A stretch of 64,000 bases of DNA from contig JAAOMT010000678.1 in NCBI GenBank assembly GCA_016748015.1, forward strand, positions 414,389 through 478,388, written 5' to 3'. The DNA comes from Geosiphon pyriformis uo1. Lineage: Eukaryota; Fungi; Glomeromycota. The notes beneath the pieces were generated by a model. It was given only the letters and a program-made list of their open reading frames with translations, had not been told where the DNA came from and made no database searches. Positions 1-13,000 of the stretch are shown here, piece after piece; the stretch's first letter is position 1, and each line of letters begins with the position of its first letter. Both the position numbers and the translations under genes were made by a program.

Positions 1-757
1 TCAATCAATTATAATGATGTTGATTTTTGAAGGTTTTCGTGATCTGAAGGTTTTGGTAGAGTTTTTTGTATAATAGACAGAGATTTAATTAATAGTTTTA
101 TCTGTAGTTTCCTGAAACCACAGTTTTGTTAATTTTTTTCTTAACATAATAGTCAGTAATTCTCCTGGTAAGATATCTTCAATTCTGAGTGTCTATCTTT
201 ATTTCTGGATTTTTTACTAGTGCTATATCCTGATATCAGTATCTCTGTATGTAAATCTTTTTAATCAAGTTAGCAAAATAACAATAAAAATAAAGCAAGA
301 AAAAAAAATAAGAAAATAAGCCAAAGCAATTTGTATGTTAGTATTCTGTCAATAGTTATGATCAAAAGCTATTGTTTTAATGTAATTAAGTATCAATTAC
401 TATCAACATAAAGTGTTGATAGTGAAGAGAGGATTTGAAGTAGTGAATAATTATTTATTTTATTTGTAATATAAAAGGTTGCTTAGATTAAATCTAAATT
501 GAGAGATCTGTTTTTTCTATTTCTGACACTACTGTTATATATACATAATTGAGATTCCTCAATTTCTCAATTTTTTACACCAAAAATTCTGGAATTCTTG
601 GAATTCTGTAATTTTTTTTGAGAGAAATCTTAAAATTCTAGAATTCTGTAATTCCCTGTACAAGAATTTTGAAATTCTTAGAATTTCACATTTACTACAG
701 CTACTTCTGATTGGCTAATTTATATGCTAATATACTTCCTATATTTTATGAGTAACA
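1..757 (-). repeat. 3' LTR of element A (first ~56 bp lie outside the window)
   Basis: Aligns to 9302-10043 and ends ...AGTAACA at 757, next to the polypurine tract. Confidence 0.93.
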
Positions 758-773
758 TTATTTCCTTCTTTTT
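758..773 (-). promoter_or_regulatory. Polypurine tract of element A
   Basis: Minus strand reads AAAAAGAAGGAAATAA immediately before the TGTTAC start of the 3' LTR. Confidence 0.8.
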
Positions 774-1599
774 AATATTAAGCTTTGTCAAAATCTTCTA
801 ATTCTAATTCTCTGTTTTTGAGCATTTCTTGAACTTCTTTTTTGAGAATTACTTAAGTTATCTTGTTTTGTAATTTTTCAAATTGGGCATTGGTTATTTT
901 TCCCATTTGGTTAATGGTAATAGTGTTTATTGCTGGATTAAGTAGAATTTCTGGTCAGTCTTGAAATTTGGTATATAGCCAATAAATGGCTCTTGCTTGT
1001 GTGGTCAAATTTTTTTTCTCCACAAATAATTCCAGTTGTTGCAGTATTGTTGTATCAAATAATTATTTTGTTTTATCCATGTATAAATTTTGAATGTTCA
1101 AGTATTGTCTCAGATAAAAATAACAAAAGTTTTTTGGAAATTGTTGTATCTACCAATTACAAGTTTTGATAATCAACTCTTGATATTGGGTGATTTTTGG
1201 TTGTGCTTTTATTGTCAATTTCACTTTTGTAATTATTTTGTCAACAGTGTTTTTTGTTTTTCTCTGTACTTTATCTCATGATCTTTTTTTGGTGTTTTTG
1301 TATTTAATGGTTTGTTGATTGATTGTAATTTCTATTTCTTGTTGTTGGATCAGTTGAAAGAATTGTTGTGTTAGTGAGTGAATGTCATCAGTAATTTCCA
1401 TTTTTTTACTGTTTTTCATTGTATCTATTATGTCTTTATATATTTTTTTGGTTGATCAACTTGACATGTTTGTGTTGATGATAATGATTGGTTCTAGATC
1501 TCATGGAATCTCATCTGGTTTGACTAGTATTTTTTGTACTCCCAATTGCAGAATATTAGTGGTGGATGATAATATTATACTGTAGTATGATTTCAGTCG

Positions 1600-2720
1600 A
1601 TCTCTATATGTTACTTTGGCTAAAATTTTGTTGTTTCATCTTAATTTATAAGCTCTATTTCCAAGAATTTCTTTTATGTAAAATGGTCTGTCCCATTTGA
1701 GATCAAATTTTTCACTTTATTGTTTTTTCACTTTAGTACAATGTAAAAGTACTTTGTCTCCAATCTTGAATTCAATTGGTTTATCTGGTAGTTGGTTATT
1801 ATGTCTTTTTTTTTGTTTTTTTTGTGACTTTTGGATGTTATCAATTGCTCTTCATCATTTATTTTTTAGAGTTTCTATCAAGTCATATGTTCTTCTTAAC
1901 AATGTTTCCTGAAAATTGTCTTCAATTATTGGTTCTGTTGGATAAGTGTTAACTTTTATCTCAACTAGTAATATTGCTGTTCTACCATATACTAATTCAA
2001 ATGGTGTTTTTTGTGTAGTATCTTGTTTTATTGTCTGATAAGTGAATAATACTAATGGTATAAACAAATCTCATTTGTCTTGATTTTCTTGGCTGATTTT
2101 GGCAATTGTTTTGCACAATGTTCTATTGAATTTTTCGATTAATCTGTTAGTTTATAGATAATATAATGATGATAATGGTCTTTTGATTCTAAATTTTTGA
2201 CTTAATTCTTCCAATATTCTATTTACAAAGTGAGTTTTTTGATCTGATAATAGTTTTTTTGGTCATTCATGTCAACAGATCAAATCTTGATGAACGAATT
2301 TGGCAATGAATTCTGCATCTACTCTTTGAATGGCTTTTGCTTTTGGCCATTTAGTGAGATAATCTATGGCTATTACAATATATTTGTTGCTTCTGCTAGT
2401 AATTGTTAGTGGTTTGACTAAGTTAATTCCAATGCAATCAAATGGTTGTCTCACTTTGATTGGTCTTAATGGTTTACTGGGTTTTGTTTCTCCTCTTTTC
2501 TAATAAGCATCACAATTTTGAACATATTGGATAATATCTGAATACATTGATGGCTAATAGTATTTTTTTCTGGTTTTTTCTATGGTTGCTTCTTTATGAA
2601 AATGTTCTGTTGTTGGATCTGAGTGCATGTTGAATAATATTGTTTCTTTCTCTGGTTCTGTGATAACTCTGATTGGTTCATCTGAATTCTTTTTGTTTTT
2701 CTGGTAAAGTATATTTTGGT
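1600..2720 (-). pseudogene. Gypsy integrase (HHCC zinc finger, DDE core, GPY/F-like motif), disrupted
   Basis: Fragments PFDCIGINLVKPL..NKYIVIAIDYLTKWPKAKAI, QDTTQKTPFELVYGR and KFDLKWDRPFYI (WxGPF-like). Confidence 0.9.
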
Positions 2721-2982
2721 AGTTGATAAAATATTTTGATTGTTGTTTTATGTTGTTTTGTTCCTTTTTAGATAATTTTTTTTTAAACTGTTGAGTATTT
2801 AAATAGTGCTAGAGTTGTTAATATTTTTGTGCATTTATTTTTTGTTATATTTTTGTTTTCAACTTGTTTAGATTTTGTTATATTTTTGGGTTGAAATGTT
2901 CTTTTAGATTTGTTTTATTCTTGACAAACTGTTAGCATTTCTGTTTTTTTTTTTTTTTTTTTNNNNNNNNNNNNNNNNNNNN

Positions 2983-3130
<148 letters not shown>

Positions 3131-3149
3131 TAATGTACTGAATAATTAA

Positions 3150-4460
3150 ATGGTGAAAGTTTTATTTTTCATCTAGCATGGCAATCATCTCCAAATTCTT
3201 GCTTCTGGATTGAAGTCAATTCTTTATGATTAGTGTAAACATCAAACTTTTGACTCAAGTATTTTTTCTATTTGATAACAGCCCAATAAATAGCTAAGTG
3301 TTCTAGCACTAGAGTTCCATAGTTTTTTTCAGCTGGACTTAAGCTTCTGTTGATGTACACTACTGGGTGTTCTCATTTATTCAGTCTTTTCTGAAATAGT
3401 ACTGCTCCCAATCTTTGACCTGATGCATCTGTTGTGATTATGAATGGCTTATTATGATCTAAATAGATTAATATTGGAGCTTGAATAAGTTTTCTTCTTA
3501 ATGTGTCAAAGGCTTTTTGTTGGGTTTCAGTCTATTCATATTTGGTGTTTTTTGTTTGGAGCTGGTGTAATGACTGTGTTATTTTGGAAAAGTCCTTAAT
3601 GAAACAGCAGTAGTATTCAGCAAATTCCAAGAATGTTTTTAATTTCATGAGATTATTTGGTACTGGAAAGTTCTTAACAATCTCAATCTTATTTGGATCT
3701 GTTTTGATACTATTTTTGCTCATAATATGTTTCAAAAACTTGAGTTCAGTTTTTTCAAAAAAACACTTGGTTGTGTTTAATTTTAATTCAGCTTTTTTTA
3801 GTCTTTCAAATACTTGTTAAAGATGGTATAGATAATTATCGAATGTTTTGGAGAACACATTAGTGTTATCCAAGTATATGACTACTGATTTCCATAGCAG
3901 TCCAGTATAGACAATTTTTATAAGTTGTTGAAATATGGCAGGAGCATTTATCAAGCCAAATGGCATAACTTCGAATTCAAAATTCTTTTCTTGTGTTGTA
4001 AAAACTGTTTTTTTTTATCTTCTGGTTTTATGGCTACTTTTCAGTAACCACTCTTTAAATCTAAGATCAAGAATCATTTTTTTTCTTTAAAAATGTTGAA
4101 CAGTTCTTGAATCTTTGGAGTTAAGTAGCTATCTCTTTTTGTTACTCTATTCAATTCCCAGTAATCTACACAAAAACAAATTTTCCCATTTTTTTTACAA
4201 ACTAGTACTACTAATAATAACCATGAGCTCATTGATAGTTGAATTAACCCGTTGTTAAGCATCCAATTAATTTCTTGACAAATGATCTCATGACTGGCTG
4301 GTAATACTCTATATGCTCATTGTTTGATTGGCATTGCATCTCCAGTCTTGATCTGGTGTTAGATTATGTCAGTTCTGCCAAATTCATTTTCACTGGCAAA
4401 GATGTTGTTGAAGTTGTTAAGTAATATCTTGAGCTGTATACATTGTAGTGGGTCTAAATT
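3150..4460 (-). pseudogene. Gypsy reverse transcriptase and RNase H, disrupted
   Basis: KKNGKICFCVDYWELNRVTKRDSY, MPFGLINAPAIFQ, VIYLDN (YLDD mutated, ~3865-3880) and RNase H IITTDASGQRLGAVLFQ. Confidence 0.92.
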
Positions 4461-4904
4461 TCCCAAGTTCATCTGTTTCAATTGTTATAGTTGGAGCAAA
4501 TAGCATTTTTTTCATCTATATATAATTTGAGATGTGATATTTACATATCCACACAGTTGTAAAAAGTCTGGAATAAGATTTGGTATTGTTCTTCAATTTT
4601 AGTGGTTAAATATTTAATAGTAGTTCCTTCCAATATCTTGATAATGTCTCTCATGTTGTTATAAATGGAAATTTTAATGTGACTGTAGTTCTTGGCTGGT
4701 ATGTGTAGATTGACTAGTCCAATCTTTCCTAATTCACAAAGTGTTGCTTCTGCTTTAAAAATTTGAACCTGATCTTTTATTTTTCTTTCTATGACTAACA
4801 TGTACTGGTCATATGGTGGAATAGAAATTGGTTAACAAATGGAAATAATTTCTTTCATGTTAATAATTTTTTCCTTTGCCATATTAACTGGTACATCTAT
4901 TCTA

Positions 4905-5300
4905 TTCATTGATCTAAATCCTTGTATCCTTCTAACTGTAATCTCTAATTTTTTCCTGTTTTTTATTAATACTAATTAAGCTATTTTAACCAAAGACAGA
5001 AATATTGCCTGTGCTATTTTTTCATTTGGCTCTATAATATAGGTTTTTTCTGAATTATTTTGTAGCATAGCAATAATATTTTCTATATATCTTGTGTCAA
5101 TTATTCCTCCTCTGATGTTAATTTTTTTTTGCTAAGCTACTCCTAGATGCTAATTGAACTATTGTTGTTATTGGGATTTTCAGTGCTATTTTGAAATCAA
5201 TACAGATGCATAAATGTGGTTTCAATTTGATGGCATCTTTTTTCAAATATTTTAGATTAAACCTTGCATCAGTATCATGTGCATGTTCTGGCATGATATT
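4905..5300 (-). pseudogene. dUTPase domain within the Gypsy pol
   Basis: All five trimeric dUTPase motifs are recognisable: AHDTDARFNL (I), RSSLA (II), GGIIDTRY (III), EKIAQ (IV) and RRIQGFRSM (V, from RGxxGFGST). Confidence 0.88.
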
Positions 5301-6559
5301 TTTATCATTGTTGCTAAACCATTTTAGTTTCTGCTCCTTGGAGAGATCAGGAAGCATGATGTATTGTTCAGGGTTTGAATCGAAATTTGAATTGTCATAA
5401 TTTTCATTGCTAATTTGTATAAAGCTAAAACTATTGTTTTTGTCTTCATCATTGTCAGAGTTTGAATCGGGATTGAAAGTTGATTCCAATTTTGATGTGC
5501 AGCTGCTAATTGGTTCTTCCTTTTTTGGAATTGTATAGATCATGCATAATGGTGAATTGTAAATGAGGTTACACTTATCACAATATTAAAAGTCATATGG
5601 GATCAAACAATGGTCACATAACTGGATGTTGATTTCTTCCAAGTATTGTTTCTATTCTTCTCTAGTGGGTGCTAATCGTTGGTAGTGCTTATTAAATTCT
5701 TTAGAATCATCTTTAATGTTGCCAAAGACATTGAACATTTGGACATATTCAGATTCAGAAAGTGATAAAAAGTTGTTTTTAATTTTCAATAGTTCACTGG
5801 TTGTTATGTCTTCTGCTTTCACACTTGCCATTCTCCAGATCTCATGTTCATCATGAGAATATTTTTTCAGTTATTGCAATGTTCTTTTTCATGTATTGTC
5901 AATTAGGGTTTTTTTGCACATTCAATCATTTATTAGGATAGTATATTGGCATATTTTGTTGCATGTTTCTCTATGTCCAGGAATGTTATTCCACATTTCT
6001 TTATCAGACAAGATTGTTCTACAGGTTAGGCAAAGTTTGTTGTCTCATTTTTTTTGCCTTTTTGGTCTTTCAAACTGCTTCAGAATACATGAGCAGCAAT
6101 AGAACTTAGTTGTAGTAGGGTATTTCTTATTGTTGTCACAGCATACACTCATTGACAACAATTTCTTGCTGCAATCAACACATACTAGTTTCAGTTGGCA
6201 ATATTTAGATGGATGTGATAGAGAATAGGTATATGGTGTATAAGTAGAAGTAATGACTGGCATTGATTATTCTTTTTTCTCCTTTCCTTTCTCTTTTTCT
6301 TCTCAAGTCCAAATCAGTAACAGCTTGTTTTGGTCATTATTATTCCAATAACTTTGGTTGGTTTCCCAAGTAGGTTTTTCTTCTTTTCTTTTCTTTTTTT
6401 TGTTATCTCATAATGGTATCAGCAGTAATTCATTGTGGTCAGCATTGGCCCAGAAAACTTGGTATGCTTCCCAGATAGGTTTTTCTTTCTTGTTATTGAA
6501 CTTAATGAGTGGTGCTAGTGCATTGTTACTGAGTTTGAAATAACCACACATTGCTGGTA

Positions 6560-6920
6560 TTTGTGTGTGTTATCCATTCTGACTAAGTTGCAATTCCTGA
6601 GTGGTCTAGTCAAGCATTGTATTTGTTTTGAACAGTCTATCATTACCAACAAGTGCTTGGTATTGAGTGGCTTCCATAACTAATATCTTGATTGATATGA
6701 TGATATCATTGACTTCTATAGGGAAGTTATTAATCTCACCAATTGGAGTTTTGGTCATTCCATTAGCTGTTATGATTTTGGTACTGGTAGTGCAATCAAC
6801 TTGGTGACCTAATTGGTTCATAAGTTGTCATGTGATAATGCTGCCTGCTGAACCACTATCTAGGATTAGTTTTATGGTCTGATCATTGACTTTAGCATTG
6901 GTATACATGGCAGTGATGGG
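6560..6920 (-). pseudogene. Retropepsin aspartic protease of element A
   Basis: IKLILDSGSAGSII at ~6841-6880, flap IITANG and ALVGND. Confidence 0.9.
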
Positions 6921-6999
6921 TTTTTTTTTGAGCATGGCTCTACTCAACAATGGTATTTGTGATGGTTCCTTGAATTCAAATGGGAAAATTGCTGCTAGC

Positions 7000-9180
7000 A
7001 ATTTGTTATTGGTTATGGTGGCTGAAAATATGTTGCTGATAAGTAATTTGTTTTGGTTGGGTTCTCAGTTGTTAGATGAGGTGTCTTCTGGGGTAACTAA
7101 GAGACTTAAATAGTGTTGGGAATTCGGGTTTTGGACATATCTAGTCTTTATATTCTAAGAGCATATTCCTGATTATTGGGCAAAAGAGCTGAAAATTAGT
7201 TAATAGACAACCATTACCAATCTTCAGTTTGTTGTATTATTCTTGGCTTTTGTGTTCCAGTTTAGAGTAAGTTTTGTGACAGTGTTTGAATTTGTTGGGA
7301 CTAGTATATTACTTGCAGTTGTGGCTAATAAATAATGAGTGTTGTCAGCTGATAAATTGGAACTTAATATACTGGTAGTTAATAAATTAATTATTGTGTC
7401 ATTTGGATGTAATGAGGTGAGTATTGATCCTGATTTGGGTATTGATTTGAAGTTTAAAATCTGCAATTGGGGTTTTAATATTGATTTTCTGATTGTGAGT
7501 TATTATTATAAGAATAGCAGTTAATTCTCAAATGGCCTTATTTACCACAATTGTGGCAAATATATGTCTTTTGCTGCCATGGCTAATTGGATAATGATAA
7601 GGAACATGACTGATTTTGGGAGCAATTCACATTTTCAGAATTGTTGTATCATTGAGATGGCTAATAAATTGTGTAATTGTTAGCTAAGTATTCTTTTAGT
7701 TTCTGATTAAGTAAATTACTGAGTTGTTTCAATTTGGAATCCAAGTCAGATGATCCATTCAGGACTAGGTTTATGGCTTGGGCATAATTAGTCTCTAATT
7801 TAGCAGCTTCAAAATCTGTAGTGTTAGTGACTGCGGCTTGCAAGTTGGCTGAATACTGCTGCATAATCTGTGAATAAATTAATTCAGAATTTGAGCCACT
7901 GTAAAATAATCAGTATCAATTGCTTGTATATGGCACAGATTCCTATAGAAGCATTTCAAGTAAGTAGTAACAGCTTCAGTTTTCTCTTGTTTTATAGTGA
8001 TGAAGGTATTGGTTAACCAGTTGATACTGTTATTGTTGCTAAAGTATTATAAGAATTCAAGCTTGAAGGCATTAAAATCTTGGGGTTTGTTAACCAAGCT
8101 TTGATACCAAGAGTTAGCAGTATTCTGGAAAAAATAGGGAATTGCTTGCATGGTTCTGGCATCATTCCATCTGTTGGCTGCAATGGCTTTTTTCACATTA
8201 TTTAGCCACACTTGGGCATTATTCTCTTTGCTGATGAATTTTTCGAGTTTTGCTATTGGAACATAGGCCATTAGATCCAAGTTTGGTTGTTGTGGTTGTT
8301 GAAGAGATAATTGCTGAGGTGGTATTGGTAGCTGTTGAAGTTGTTTAGCAATTGAATCAATTGGTTGTTAATTGATGACAATTTTTAGAGATTAGTTTTG
8401 CTGATTAATTAACTTAAAGTTTGGATTGTTTGGAGTTTGCTGGGTTTGAATATTTGGAGTTTTAACTTCTGGATTTTCTAAGATTGAGTTTTGGTAATTA
8501 AATTTCTGATTTTTTTTTTCTTTTCTTCTGATGCTGTTATCTCCCAAGAACTTGTGGTTCTGAAATCTGGTGGAGGTGGCAATAATCAAAATTCTAATGG
8601 TGTTGGCAATCATAATTTAAATCTTTTAAAGTAATCACTATAGGTTTCTAATAGTTCTGCTTTCTTTTGTTTATTTTGAAATAAGAGTTGTCCAAATGTT
8701 GATGTTATATTTGATGTAAATATGCCTGTTAATGCAATGTTAATGGTACTTCTGGGTGTGTAATAATATAATAGATATAGTAGAGATTCAATTTTTTGTT
8801 TCTTCTACATTGGTAATTGTATTCTTTTTGGTGTTGCTGTTAGTGTTTGTAATTTCCCTTTGCTTTTATTTGCATAGATAATTTGGTATCTTTCCTGAAT
8901 GTGATTTTCAATTTCTCTGTTAATTTCAGTAAGTATTGTTGTAAAATTATAATTTGTTAGTAGACTAGTGTTTTAAATTAACTCATTGTAGAAATTTTCT
9001 CTTGTTGAATTGGTTTTTACTGGTACTTTTAACAAATATGAAATTTTTTTGTTGACGTAGAAATTGAAAACTAATTCTGTTAATAGGTAATTGTTGGTTA
9101 ATTCCAAATGTTAACAGTAGTGTTGGAATAAGGATTTGGCAAATTCTAAATGGTTTGTCCCTATTCTTTCTGGTTCTGCC
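7000..9180 (-). pseudogene. gag of element A with CCHC zinc knuckle
   Basis: Capsid-like AQVWLNNVKKAIAANRWND..ANSWYQSL..FNAFKLEFL, and CHNCGK*GHLRINC at ~7517-7560. Confidence 0.85.
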
Positions 9181-9227
9181 ACTTTTAAATGGTTGTGTGT
9201 TAGTGTTGGTTCTCTGTAAAATTATAT

Positions 9228-9243
9228 CTCACAGGAAGCACCA
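9228..9243 (-). promoter_or_regulatory. tRNA primer-binding site of element A
   Basis: TGGTGCTTCCTGTGAG lies 2 nt after the 5' LTR end (TAACA); the primer tRNA isotype is not determined. Confidence 0.85.
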
Positions 9244-9245
9244 AA

Positions 9246-10043
9246 TGTTACAGGTAATTATTTGGAGTCTCAAAGCAAATAACAAACCCGTAACTTGGTG
9301 CTCAATCAATTATAATGATGTTAGTTTTTGAAGATTTTTATGATCTGAAAGTTTTGGTGGAGTTTTTTGTATAATGGACAGAAATTTAATTGATAGTTTT
9401 ATTTATAGCTTCCTAAAACCACAGTTTTGTTAATTTTTTTTTAGCATGATAGCCAGTAATTTTCTTGATAAGATATCTTCAATTCCGAATATCTATTCTT
9501 ATTCCTGGGTTTTTTATCAATGCTATATTCTGATATCAGTATCTCTGTATGTAAATTTTTTTAATCAAGTTAGCAAAATAACAATGAAAATAAAGCAAGA
9601 AAAAAAAATAAGAAAATAAGCCAAGGCAATTTACATGTTGGTATTTCATCAATAGCCATAATCAAGAGCTATTGTTCTAATGTAGTTAAGTTTCAATTAC
9701 TATCAACATGAAGTGTTAATAGTGAAGAGAGAATTTAAGGTAGTGAATAATTATTTATTTTATTTGTGATATAAAAGATTGCTTAAATTAAATCTAAACT
9801 GAGAGATCTGTCTTTTCTATTTTTGATACTACTGCTATATATACATAATTAAGATTCCTTAATTCCTCAATTTTTTACACCAGGAATCCTGCAATTCCTG
9901 AAATCCTGTAATTTCTTTTAAGAAAAATCTTAAAATTCTGAAATCCTGCAATTCCCCATACAAAAATCTTGAAATTATTGGAATTCCATATTTACTATGG
10001 CTAATTTATATGCTAATATACTTTCTATATTTTATGAATAACA
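9246..10043 (-). repeat. 5' LTR of element A (~798 bp, TGTTA...TAACA)
   Basis: Canonical TG...CA inverted ends; matches 1-757. Confidence 0.93.
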
Positions 10044-13000
10044 TCGAGTGTTTAGCTGTTCTAAATACTGCTTTTGTTTTTCTCTGGTGGATGCTAAGTT
10101 TTGGTAATATTCATAGAATTGTTTTGGATTTTTCTTGATGTTATCAAAGATGTTAAATGTAAGAATATATTTGGATTCAAAAAAAAACAACAGATTGTTC
10201 TTAATTTCCAGTATTTTACTGGTTAAAGCACTTTCAACTTTGGCACTTGTTATTTTCCAAATCTTGTGCTTGTCATGTAGGTAATCTTCCAAATATCTGA
10301 GTGCTTGTTTCCATGTGTCATCAATTAGGGTCTCTTTTCACACCCAGTTATTTATGAGAATTGTATATTGACATGTCTTGTTATATGTTTTTTTTTATCT
10401 AAGAATGTCATTCCATATTCTTTTGTCTAACAAAGTTGTTATACATGTTAAACAAAGTTTGTTATCCTATTTTTCTTATTATTTGGGTCATCCAAAGCAT
10501 TTAAGAATGCATGAGTGGCAGTAAAATTTAGTTGCTATTGTTTATTTTTCATCATTGTTATAGCATGTGCCTATTGTAGACAATTTTTTATCACAATTAA
10601 CACATATAAGCTTAGGTCAATAATAATTTGTTTAAGGTAGGGTAATATATAAGATGTAAGTAAAAATAATAGCCTGGATTTGTTTGTTTTCTCTTGTTTT
10701 CTCTTTTTTTTTTCTTCCCAAGTTAAAATTGGTAGTAGTTTATTGTGGTCTTCTTTGGCTTATAAAACTTAAAATGCTTCTTAGGTAGGTTTTTTTTTCT
10801 TCTTTCAATTCAATTAACAGCACTTGAGTGGTATAAGTTGGTTTAAAATGACCACACATAACTGGTACTCATGTGTGCTGACCATTTAGACTAAATTGCA
10901 ATTCTTGAATGATTCAGTCGAACACAGCATTTGTTTTAAACAGCCAGTTATTTGCCAACTAAAGCTTGATACTAGGTAGCTTTCATTACAAAAACTTTGA
11001 TAGATATAGTAAGACTATTGATTTCAAAAAAGAAGTTGTCTATTTTGCCAATAAAAGTTTTTGTGACTCTATCAGCTGTGATTATTTTGGCACTAACAGC
11101 ATAGTCAACTCAGCAACTTAGCTGGTCTATGAATTGTTATGTAATTATGCTGCCTACTAAACTACTGTCTAATATTAGTTTAATAAGATGGTCATTAACT
11201 TTGGCCTCCATATATATTGCTGTGATAGATTTTGTGTCAAGAGTAGCCCTACTAAATAATAGCATGATGGTCAATTTTTTTATTTCAAAGGGAAAAATTA
11301 CTGTAAGAGATTTATCTTCAGTAATGGTTGCTAGTGGAATATTGTTGGTAAGTGACTGCTGTTGGTTAGATTCTGAATTATTGTGTTGGGCATTTTCTGA
11401 AGTAATCAGGAAACTTAAGTAGTTCTGAGAATTCAGGTTTTGAGGGTATCCAGTTTTCAGATTCTATAAATGTAATCCTAATACTTGGTTGGAGAAATTG
11501 GGGATTAGTTAATAAACAACTATTGCCAATCTCCAGTTTTGTTAAATGGTTCTCGGCCTTTGATTTCCAAGTAACATCTGAATTGAAATTTGTGACAGGT
11601 TTTGGATTTGTTGGAGTTGATATATTATTTGCAGCTGTGGTTAATAAATAACAGATGCTAAAGTTTGATAAATTGGAGATTGGTAAATTGGCTACTGTGT
11701 TATTTGTGTGTAATAAGTTTGATAGTAATCTTGATTTGGATATTGGTTTGGAGCTTGAAATTGGTAATCAAAATTTTGATATTGATTTTCTGATTGTTGG
11801 TTATTTAAGCATGTATAGTAGTCAATTTGTAAGTAATCTTGTTTATCACAATAGTGGCAGCTATGTATTTCTATTTACTACTGTTAATTGGTTGCTGGTA
11901 ATGAGTACAACTGATTTTGGGCCTAATTTGAGTTTCTCTGATTATTGTAATGTTGTGGTGGTTGATAAATTGCTTGATTGCTGTTAGCTAAGTACCCTTC
12001 AATTTTCTGATTAATTAAATCACTGAATTGTTTTAGCTTAGAATCCAATTCAGATAATCTGTTCATTACTAGATTATGGTCTGGGTGTGGTTAACTTCAA
12101 GTTCAGCTAATTTAAAGTCTCTGGCATAGGTAATGGCAGCTTAAAGATCAGCTAGATGTAGTGGATGTACATGTTGAAGAAGGCTACTGCACAAACCACA
12201 GATGAACTGATTCAAAATTTGGGGCTCTGTGAAGTAAACTGTGTCAATTGCTTAAATTTGGTGCAGATTCTGATAGAAATGTTCTAGATAAGTGATAACT
12301 GTTTCAGTATCTCTTTGTTTAATGGTAGTAAAGGCATTGGCTAAGCAATTGATGCTGTTATTATTACTGAAATATCTTAGAAATTCCAGTTTGAATGCAT
12401 CAAATTTTTGAGGTTTTTGGGCCAAGCTTTGATATCACAAGTTAGCAGTATCTTGTAAAAAATATGAAATTGCCTGAAGAGCTTTGTTATTATCTCAATT
12501 ATTAGTCATGATTGCTTTAGTAATGTCATTTATTCAGACTTAAGCATTGTTTTCTTTACTGGTGAATTTTTCAAGTTTTACAATTGGGACAAATGCCATT
12601 AATGTGATTGGCAATTGTTGTTAAAGTTGTGGTTGTGATTGTAATTGTTGAAGTGATATGGCAACTGGTGATGAATTAATTACAATTACTAAAAGTAGGT
12701 TCTGCTAATTAATAATTGCAAGATTTAAATTGTTTTGATTTGGCTGAATTAAAACAATTGGAGTTTCAAATTCCAGATTTTCTGGGATTGGGTTTTAATA
12801 CTTAAATTCTTGATTTTCATCTTCTTCTTTTAATTCCATAATCTTCCAAAGACTAACAGTTCTAAAATCTGGTTGAGGTGGCAGTAATCAAAATTCTGAT
12901 AGTATTAGTGATTACAAATTAAATTCTTCAAAATAATTACCATAAATTTTCAATAATTCTGCTTTCTTTTGTTTACTTTGAAATAGAAGTTGGGTTGATA

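Noticed and set aside
548-690. Short repeat array as a possible CRISPR
   Set aside because: Units are ~9 bp with no unique spacers and lie inside a eukaryotic LTR; no cas genes.
9228-9243. tRNA-like 3' end (...GCACCA)
   Set aside because: Only a primer-binding site; no tRNA cloverleaf is present.
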